Source: a virus | Lineage: Duplodnaviria; Caudoviricetes | IMG/VR virus record: IMGVR_UViG_3300037714_000266 | Coordinates: 14,176 to 78,175 of that record | Strand: one strand, 5' to 3' | DNA length: 64,000 nt | Shown here: piece by piece, positions 16,820 through 21,593 of the stretch | Numbering within the stretch: position 1 is the stretch's first letter | Layout of the letters: the number at the start of each line of letters is the position of its first letter | Notes under the pieces: generated by a model | Databases searched by the model: none | What the model saw: the letters and a program-made list of their open reading frames with translations, nothing else | Told to the model about the DNA's origin: nothing | Program-made: the position numbers and the translations under genes

Positions 16820-16892
16820 GCTGTTCTTGCGTAAGTGGTCTGCGCGCTCGGCTGAAGCCCGAGAGGACCGGGTTCGATTCCTGGGGACAGCA
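16820..16892 (+). tRNA. tRNA-Phe(GAA)
   Basis: CTCGG-CTGAAGC-CCGAG; 3' CC abuts the next tRNA. Confidence 0.88.
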
Positions 16893-16893
16893 C

Positions 16894-16968
16894 CGGGGTG
16901 GAGTCGCGGCGTGCGACGCCTGTTTTGGGAACAGGAGGCGGCTGGTTCAACTCCAGTCACCCCGACCA
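16894..16968 (+). tRNA. tRNA-Pro(UGG) copy 1
   Basis: CCTGT-TTTGGGA-ACAGG; CCA. Confidence 0.88.
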
Positions 16969-16970
16969 AT

Positions 16971-17044
16971 GTCCTCGATGCTCGAATGGAACGAGCGCCG
17001 GTTTCCTAAACCGGAGTGTGCAGGTTCGAATCCTGCCGAGGACG
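16971..17044 (+). tRNA. tRNA-Arg(CCU)
   Basis: CCGGT-TTCCTAA-ACCGG; no CCA. Confidence 0.9.
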
Positions 17045-17057
17045 CTGAAAGATTTTC

Positions 17058-17145
17058 GGAGCGAGGTTTCCATCATGGTAGATGGCTCCCGGCTGTAACC
17101 CGGCAGGTGTTCCACACTGGGGTTCGAATCCCTCCCGCTCCACCA
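17058..17145 (+). tRNA. tRNA-Tyr(GUA)
   Basis: Loop CTGTAAC; long variable arm; CCA. Confidence 0.88.
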
Positions 17146-17146
17146 T

Positions 17147-17221
17147 TGGACCGGACGGTCTGGTCGACCTGTTTCGCCTGATAAGCGGAGCGGTCAGGTT
17201 CAATTCCTGGCGGTCCAACCA
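17147..17221 (+). tRNA. tRNA-Ile(GAU)
   Basis: TTCGC-CTGATAA-GCGGA; CCA. Confidence 0.85.
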
Positions 17222-17223
17222 AC

Positions 17224-17295
17224 GCCTCGCAAGCAGAGACGGCGCTGCACTCGCTTGGTATGTGAGTTAGATCGGTTCAAGTCCGATGCGAGGCT
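17224..17295 (+). tRNA. tRNA-Thr(GGU)
   Basis: CTCGC-TTGGTAT-GTGAG; no complete CCA. Confidence 0.85.
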
Positions 17296-17301
17296 CCGTA
17301 T

Positions 17302-17379
17302 GGTGATCGATGCCGAAGTAGTCGAGGCGCGCGGTTGTGGACCGCGTTCAAGCGGGTGCGAGTCCCGTCGATCACACCA
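17302..17379 (+). tRNA. tRNA-His(GUG)
   Basis: CGCGG-TTGTGGA-CCGCG; possible G-1; A73; CCA. Confidence 0.88.
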
Positions 17380-17515
17380 GGGTAGCTCAATCGCATGGTA
17401 AATGCCCCCGGGTCTAGGAGTGGTTCTCCTAGCCGTTCTTATAAGGCGGTAAAGCAGGTTCGATTCCTGACGGGCGCACCAAACTGCTGTCGGTTCAAGT
17501 CCGACCTGACCCACC
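17380..17515 (+). pseudogene. Remnant tRNA halves flanking tRNA-Ile(UAU)
   Basis: 5' GGGTAGCTCAAT (17380-17391); 3' T-arm plus acceptor GTCGG-TTCAAGT-CCGAC-CTGACCC-A-CC (about 17489-17515). Confidence 0.5.
17404..17481 (+). tRNA. tRNA-Ile(UAU), atypical
   Basis: CCGTT-CTTATAA-GGCGG; 7-bp D-stem CTAGGAG/CTCCTAG; C3:C70 mismatch; CCA. Confidence 0.7.
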
Positions 17516-17587
17516 CGTCCGGTAGCTCAGTGGTAGAGCGCTCGCTCGACACGCGAGAGGTCGTGGGATCGTGTCCCACCCGGACGA
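17516..17587 (+). tRNA. tRNA-Val(GAC)
   Basis: CTCGC-TCGACAC-GCGAG; T-loop ATCGTGT; no CCA. Confidence 0.85.
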
Positions 17588-17598
17588 CTACACACAAC

Positions 17599-17672
17599 GG
17601 GGCCATCGTCTAACGGGAGGACGTCTCGCTTGCAACGAGAAAATAAGAGTTCGATTCTCTTTGGTTCCACCA
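17599..17672 (+). tRNA. tRNA-Ala(UGC)
   Basis: Loop CTTGCAA; G3:U70; CCA. Confidence 0.92.
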
Positions 17673-17677
17673 CTTTT

Positions 17678-17752
17678 GCGGGTAAGGCCAAATCGGTGAG
17701 GCGTCAGGTTTCCACCCTGAAGAAGTCGGTTCGATCCCGACTGCCCGCTCCA
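17678..17752 (+). tRNA. tRNA-Gly(UCC)
   Basis: TCAGG-TTTCCAC-CCTGA; U73; CCA. Confidence 0.92.
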
Positions 17753-17755
17753 CTT

Positions 17756-17826
17756 GTCGCGATCTTCTGGGAAGGACACCGGCTGCAACCCGGTGAAGGA
17801 GAGTCCGATTCTCTCTCGCGACTCCA
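17756..17826 (+). tRNA. tRNA-Cys(GCA)
   Basis: ACCGG-CTGCAAC-CCGGT; U73; CCA. Confidence 0.88.
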
Positions 17827-17832
17827 GAGTTT

Positions 17833-17905
17833 GCTCTCGACGCCGACAGGAACGGCAATCGGATTTCTACTCCGATCTTTTGGGGTTCGAGTCCTCACGA
17901 GAGCG
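17833..17905 (+). tRNA. tRNA-Arg(UCU)
   Basis: TCGGA-TTTCTAC-TCCGA; no CCA. Confidence 0.88.
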
Positions 17906-17909
17906 CTGT

Positions 17910-17985
17910 GACCGTGTAGCTCGATTGGACGAGCGCCTGGCTACGAACCAGGAGGATGGGGGTTCGAGTCCCTCCACGGTCGCCA
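17910..17985 (+). tRNA. tRNA-Arg(ACG)
   Basis: CCTGG-CTACGAA-CCAGG; CCA. Confidence 0.93.
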
Positions 17986-17988
17986 GAT

Positions 17989-18061
17989 GTCTTCGTAGCT
18001 CAACAGGAGAGAGCACCGGTCTCCGAAGCCGGGGATCGTGGTTCGACTCCACGCGAAGACG
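17989..18061 (+). tRNA. tRNA-Arg(CCG)
   Basis: CCGGT-CTCCGAA-GCCGG; no CCA. Confidence 0.9.
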
Positions 18062-18065
18062 CTGA

Positions 18066-18137
18066 TGCGGGGTGGTGTACTAGAGCACGCCGGCCTCATA
18101 AGCCGAAGGACCTGGGCAGTTCAGGCGACCGCAACCA
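18066..18137 (+). tRNA. tRNA-Met(CAU)-like, fMet-derived, degenerate T-arm
   Basis: TGCGGGG start, loop CTCATAA, CCA; T-loop GGCAGTT is non-canonical and the acceptor base is mismatched. Confidence 0.6.
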
Positions 18138-18139
18138 AT

Positions 18140-18211
18140 CCCGGTGTGGGGTCAGAGGAGACCCAGCGGTTTCATAAGCCGCCAGAGTCGGTTCGAGTCC
18201 GATCGCCGGGA
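18140..18211 (+). tRNA. tRNA-Met/Ile2(CAU)
   Basis: GCGGT-TTCATAA-GCCGC; no CCA. Confidence 0.85.
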
Positions 18212-18215
18212 CTGA

Positions 18216-18292
18216 CGGGGTATAGCGCAGTTTGGAAGCGCGCCGCATTTGGGATCCGGAGGTCGTCGGTTCGAACCCGACTACCCCGACCA
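18216..18292 (+). tRNA. tRNA-Pro(UGG) copy 2
   Basis: Loop TTTGGGA; CCA. Confidence 0.9.
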
Positions 18293-18297
18293 CGTGA

Positions 18298-18373
18298 GTG
18301 CGGATAGCTCAGATGGAAGAGCGCTGGTGTTACATACCGGAAGTCGTCGGTTCGAACCCGACTCCGCATACCA
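18298..18373 (+). tRNA. tRNA-Val(UAC)
   Basis: CTGGT-GTTACAT-ACCGG; CCA. Confidence 0.92.
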
Positions 18374-18374
18374 A

Positions 18375-18462
18375 GCTCAGATGGCGGAATGGCAGACGCG
18401 CTGGTTTGAGAGACCAGTGAGGCGTAGACCTCGTGAGGGTTCGACTCCCTCTCTGAGCACCA
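18375..18462 (+). tRNA. tRNA-Leu(GAG)
   Basis: CTGGT-TTGAGAG-ACCAG; long variable arm; CCA. Confidence 0.92.
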
Positions 18463-18464
18463 AG

Positions 18465-18547
18465 GCTCGCGTGGCGGAACGCAGACGCAGCTAGCCTAAA
18501 CCTAGCCGTCCTTCATGGACGTGGGGGTTCAAATCCCTTCGCGAGCA
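18465..18547 (+). tRNA. tRNA-Leu(UAA)
   Basis: GCTAG-CCTAAAC-CTAGC; no CCA. Confidence 0.88.
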
Positions 18548-18552
18548 CTCAC

Positions 18553-18637
18553 GGCTGAGTGGCGGAATGGCAGACGCGCCTGGCCTAGGACCAGGTGATC
18601 TAAGATCGTGCAGGTTCGACTCCTGTCTCAGCTACCA
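18553..18637 (+). tRNA. tRNA-Leu(UAG)
   Basis: CCTGG-CCTAGGA-CCAGG; CCA. Confidence 0.92.
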
Positions 18638-18638
18638 T

Positions 18639-18722
18639 GCAAGCGTGGCGAAACGGAAAACGCAGCAGATTCAAGTCCTGCTGGCCCGCGAGGTCTTGTG
18701 AGTTCGAATCTCACCGCTTGCA
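18639..18722 (+). tRNA. tRNA-Leu(CAA)
   Basis: Loop TTCAAGT; long variable arm; no complete CCA. Confidence 0.88.
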
Positions 18723-18756
18723 CCGAAAACCAATAACCAAAGAAAGGAGACGACCG

Positions 18757-19290
18757 ATGCGTACGCTCGTATTGGATCGTTCATACCAGCCGCATCGTGT
18801 CGTTTCGTGGCAGCGCGCCGTCACGATGCTCTTCCAAGGAAAGATCGAGGTGCTCGAAGAGTACGACGAGGACATTCGATCCGTCTCGATCACAATCAAG
18901 ATGCCGGCCGTCGTCCGGCTTCTTCACCACGTCACTGGACGTAAGAGAGCAATCAAGTTCTCGCGGATCAACGTGGCGACTCGTGATGACTTTCGTTGCC
19001 AATACTGCGGAGCCAAACACGCACTCGGCAAACTCACATACGACCACATTGTTCCGCGAGGCCAAGGCGGCCTGACGACGTGGACGAACATCACGATGGC
19101 CTGTTACGGCTGCAACGAGAAGAAGGGCAACCGAACCCCAGAGCAAGCGGGGATGCGGCTCAAGAAGCTTCCTGTGAAGCCAGAGAGCCTTCCAGTGGTC
19201 GTCTTCAGGATCGATCCACAAGCAACGATCCCAGAACAGTGGGTCAACTTCATCTACTGGCACGGATCGCTGGATGACGAGGGATCGTGA
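18757..19290 (+). CDS. HNH endonuclease (McrA-like) embedded in the tRNA array
   Basis: AAGGAG RBS; TLVLDRSYQP...RDDFRCQYCG...TYDHIVPRGQGG..W.N...C..CN.KKG. Confidence 0.9.
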   Translation: MRTLVLDRSYQPHRVVSWQRAVTMLFQGKIEVLEEYDEDIRSVSITIKMPAVVRLLHHVTGRKRAIKFSRINVATRDDFRCQYCGAKHALGKLTYDHIVPRGQGGLTTWTNITMACYGCNEKKGNRTPEQAGMRLKKLPVKPESLPVVVFRIDPQATIPEQWVNFIYWHGSLDDEGS

Positions 19291-19310
19291 AAAGTCTCCG
19301 ACTCGATTGA

Positions 19311-19378
19311 GTCCTTGGACCGGCCGGCATGGCGGCCGGTGAGAAAAACCTCCCGTCCAAAGGAGGACCATCGCACCA
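19311..19378 (+). ncRNA. Structured spacer downstream of HNH
   Basis: ACCGGCCG/CGGCCGGT hairpin, competing GTCCTTGGAC/GTCCAAAGGA and CCTCC/GGAGG stems; ends GCACCA. Confidence 0.3.
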
Positions 19379-19379
19379 A

Positions 19380-19456
19380 CGGGGTGTAGCTCAGCTTGGA
19401 AGAGCGCTCGTTTCGGGAACGAGAGGCCGCTGGTTCGAATCCAGTCACCCCGACCA
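19380..19456 (+). tRNA. tRNA-Pro(CGG)
   Basis: CTCGT-TTCGGGA-ACGAG; CCA. Confidence 0.93.
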
Positions 19457-19457
19457 C

Positions 19458-19541
19458 GGAGAGAGAACCGATCCGGGATCGGCCTGGTCTTGAACACCAA
19501 GGGACGAGATCGTTGGGGTTCGACTCCTCCTCTCTCCGCCA
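19458..19541 (+). tRNA. tRNA-Ser(UGA)
   Basis: Loop CTTGAAC; G73; CCA. Confidence 0.87.
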
Positions 19542-19543
19542 AT

Positions 19544-19629
19544 GGAGACTGATCCGAGCTGGGCTCGGCGCCGCTTGGAAAGCGGTTGGGCGCTTCGGTG
19601 TTGCGGTTCGATTCCGTCTGTCTCCGCCA
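19544..19629 (+). tRNA. tRNA-Ser(GGA)
   Basis: GCCGC-TTGGAAA-GCGGT; G73; CCA. Confidence 0.9.
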
Positions 19630-19630
19630 T

Positions 19631-19694
19631 GACCGGTCGGCGGAAGGCTCAAAAACGAGCCTAAGTCATCGACATGACTCACTTTAGACTGGTC
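19631..19694 (+). ncRNA. Unassigned three-way-junction RNA
   Basis: 8-bp closing stem GACCGGTC/GACTGGTC enclosing GGCTC-AAAAAC-GAGCC and GTCAT-CGAC-ATGAC. Confidence 0.5.
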
Positions 19695-19701
19695 GTCTCA
19701 T

Positions 19702-19789
19702 GGTAACTGAATCGAGCAAGGCTCGGACCCCGTTGCTAGCGGGTGTGACGTCGTAAGGCGTTGGGGATCAAGACCTCCGGTTACCGCCA
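19702..19789 (+). tRNA. tRNA-Ser(GCU)
   Basis: Loop TTGCTAG; T-loop ATCAAGA; CCA. Confidence 0.87.
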
Positions 19790-19828
19790 TGCGGATGTAG
19801 CTCAGTTGGAAGAGCGCGATCTTGCCAA

Positions 19829-20399
19829 CGGCTACGGGTTCGAATACGGTGTCGTATGGGACAACCAGCGCGGTGGAACGGGAGACACGTTTACTATACC
19901 GCCTCTGATTACCCGCGGGTTCTTTGGCCAGAACATCCTATGGCGAAGAGCGATGGGATGGTTCGTATTCATCGGGCGGTGGCGGCTGAAGCGGCCGGCC
20001 GACCGCTCCGACCAAGCGAGCACGTACACCACAAAAATGGCGTTCGGAACGACTGGCGTGCCGACAACCTGGAAATATGCTCTCCCACGGAACACCGCAT
20101 CAAGCACGCGATGCAGCAGCGCGTTACTTTCGGTTGTGCAAGTTGCGGGATAGAGGTCGTGCGCGCACGTTCGCATGTGCGAGGCGAGAAGTCATACTGC
20201 TCGCATAAGTGCGCGCACAAGGCTACTGAACGTACCAGGTACCCCGACAATGATGAGCTGGCAAAGTGGGTATGGCGAGAGCCGCTCACGGCGATCGCAG
20301 TGAAACTCGGCGTGTCCGATAAAGCGCTAGCCAAGAGGTGTAAGATTCGGAAGATTTCGACCCCGGGTCGGGGGTACTGGTCTAAGCGGCGATAGGTTC
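19829..20399 (+). mobile_element. HNH-encoding insertion / putative intron in the tRNA-Gly anticodon loop
   Basis: 571 nt, of which 540 nt is one ORF; boundary could shift by 1 nt (19828..20398). Confidence 0.8.
19856..20395 (+). CDS. HNH homing endonuclease with zinc finger and C-terminal HTH
   Basis: HRAVAAEAAGRPL...EHVHHKNGVRNDWRADNLEIC...H..KH; CASC; CSHKC; LTAIAVKLGVSDKALAKRC. Confidence 0.88.
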   Translation: MGQPARWNGRHVYYTASDYPRVLWPEHPMAKSDGMVRIHRAVAAEAAGRPLRPSEHVHHKNGVRNDWRADNLEICSPTEHRIKHAMQQRVTFGCASCGIEVVRARSHVRGEKSYCSHKCAHKATERTRYPDNDELAKWVWREPLTAIAVKLGVSDKALAKRCKIRKISTPGRGYWSKRR

Positions 20400-20439
20400 G
20401 GTCGAGGCCATGGGTTCGAGCCCCATTATCCGCTCCAAT

Positions 20440-20515
20440 GTCCCCGTCATCTAGTGGCTCAGGATGCTGGCCCCTCAAGCCGGTCACAACGGTTCAAATC
20501 CGTTCGGGGACGCCA
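20440..20515 (+). tRNA. tRNA-Glu(CUC)
   Basis: CTGGC-CCCTCAA-GCCGG; CCA. Confidence 0.92.
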
Positions 20516-20516
20516 A

Positions 20517-20601
20517 GGAAGGTGAAGACTCAGTGGTGGGTCACCCGTTTCGAAAGCGGGGTTACGCGCAAGCGTAAGGGGTTCGACTCCTCCTCCTTCC
20601 A
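20517..20601 (+). tRNA. tRNA-Ser(CGA)
   Basis: CCCGT-TTCGAAA-GCGGG; long variable arm; no complete CCA. Confidence 0.87.
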
Positions 20602-20607
20602 CCGTCA

Positions 20608-20679
20608 GGCCCTGTCGTCTATTGGTTAGGATCGGAGTCTTTCAACCTCCGGAACGGGGTTCGATTCCCCGCAGGGTCA
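20608..20679 (+). tRNA. tRNA-Glu(UUC)
   Basis: Loop CTTTCAA; no complete CCA. Confidence 0.88.
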
Positions 20680-20697
20680 CCTCGGGAAATTCCTTCG

Positions 20698-20774
20698 GCC
20701 GGTGAGGTCCCATTGGCAGGGGCGCCCGTTTTGTACGCGGGAGACTGTGGGTTCGAATCCCTCCGCCGGCTCCA
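20698..20774 (+). tRNA. tRNA-Thr(UGU)
   Basis: CCCGT-TTTGTAC-GCGGG; CCA. Confidence 0.9.
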
Positions 20775-20777
20775 TTT

Positions 20778-20853
20778 GCCCTTGAAGTCTCAATGGAGAG
20801 ACGCCCGTTTCGTATTCGGGAGGCGATCGGTTCGATCCCGATCAAGGGCTCCA
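20778..20853 (+). tRNA. tRNA-Thr(CGU)
   Basis: Loop TTCGTAT; CCA. Confidence 0.9.
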
Positions 20854-20854
20854 T

Positions 20855-20925
20855 TGGGACGTCCCGCGGGTCGGGTGGTCGGCCTTTGAAGCCGATGACG
20901 GTGAGTTCGAGTCTTCCCGTCCCAG
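20855..20925 (+). tRNA. tRNA-Gln(UUG)
   Basis: TCGGC-CTTTGAA-GCCGA; no complete CCA. Confidence 0.85.
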
Positions 20926-20928
20926 CCG

Positions 20929-21345
20929 TCACAGGTTCGAGTTGAGCCAAGCCGATAGCTGACGCCTGGCTTCGACCGGGTCTTCCTTGGCGACCTCCTC
21001 GATGCGGTCCAATTCTTCGCGTCGGACGTCGGCCCGTGTCTCGACCCTGGCCTTTTCGATCTCACCCTCCAGCCGAACCTTCTCGACCTCAAGTTCAGCT
21101 CGATCTTTGAGCGAAGGGGTTGGCGATGGATCGGTCTTGTCGTTGTTCGACACGAAGAGCGCAAGAAGGACTCCGCCAACTGCCGCGGCGATGCCGACAA
21201 CGGCCCACCAATAGCGCCTGATAAACCTCCACACCTTCTGCATCAAAGCACCTTCCCGTTCGCTATGTTCTGCAATGGCGACGACTGTCAGGGCGAGTGT
21301 GACCGGTACAGCAAACGGAGCGAGGGCACCTAGCCACGCCAGCAT
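20929..21345 (-). CDS. Membrane protein with TM anchor and coiled coil (i-spanin-like); second start at 21243
   Basis: ATG 21345 overlaps upstream stop (TGATG); internal GGAAGG RBS before ATG 21243; WWAVVGIAAAVGGVLLALFV followed by a charged helix. Confidence 0.6.
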   Translation of the reverse strand: MLAWLGALAPFAVPVTLALTVVAIAEHSEREGALMQKVWRFIRRYWWAVVGIAAAVGGVLLALFVSNNDKTDPSPTPSLKDRAELEVEKVRLEGEIEKARVETRADVRREELDRIEEVAKEDPVEARRQLSAWLNSNL

Positions 21346-21581
21346 CAACCCTCTGTGAGGAGTTGTGGTCCCTTGCCTGGTTCCACCTGCTCTTGGCGAA
21401 CGGAACCTTGTCCAACATCGTCGGTGAGAAGCTGTCGGCCCTTCTGATCGACGACCTCGTTGAATCCGCACGACGAGCAACTCTTGCGAACCTTGCCGTC
21501 ACCCACTGCCTCGGTCATGAGACTGGCGCTGTTGCACTTCGGGCATCTCGGGCCCGCGTGCGCGTGATTATTGTTCTCCAT
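21345..21581 (-). CDS. Zinc-ribbon protein
   Basis: CPKC ... CSSC. Confidence 0.65.
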   Translation of the reverse strand: MENNNHAHAGPRCPKCNSASLMTEAVGDGKVRKSCSSCGFNEVVDQKGRQLLTDDVGQGSVRQEQVEPGKGPQLLTEG

Positions 21582-21593
21582 CCGCTTCTCCTT

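Larger units (their letters stand above)
19791..20437 (+). tRNA. tRNA-Gly(GCC) interrupted by a 571-nt insert (exons 19791-19828 and 20400-20437)
   Basis: GCGGATG...CGATC-TTGCCAA joined to GGTCG-AGGCC-ATGGG-TTCGAGC-CCCAT-TATCCGC-T-CCA gives a canonical 76-nt tRNA. Confidence 0.9.

Noticed and set aside
17833-17905. Possible amber suppressor (CTA within the anticodon loop) and stop-codon recoding
   Set aside because: The stem register places TCT at 34-36 (Arg). Genes end normally at TAG, TGA and TAA with dense standard-code packing.
19836-19850. GGGTTCGAAT T-loop-like motif at the start of the insert as a replacement tRNA 3' half
   Set aside because: The flanks do not form a T-stem and no acceptor 3' strand follows.
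19829-20399. Group I intron interpretation of the tRNA-Gly insert
   Set aside because: No U at the 5' splice site with a terminal G that restores the exon, no recognisable P7 core, and only 31 non-coding nt.
16103-20950. Numerous short ORFs on both strands across the tRNA array
   Set aside because: They are translations of tRNA sequence; only the two HNH ORFs have protein motifs.
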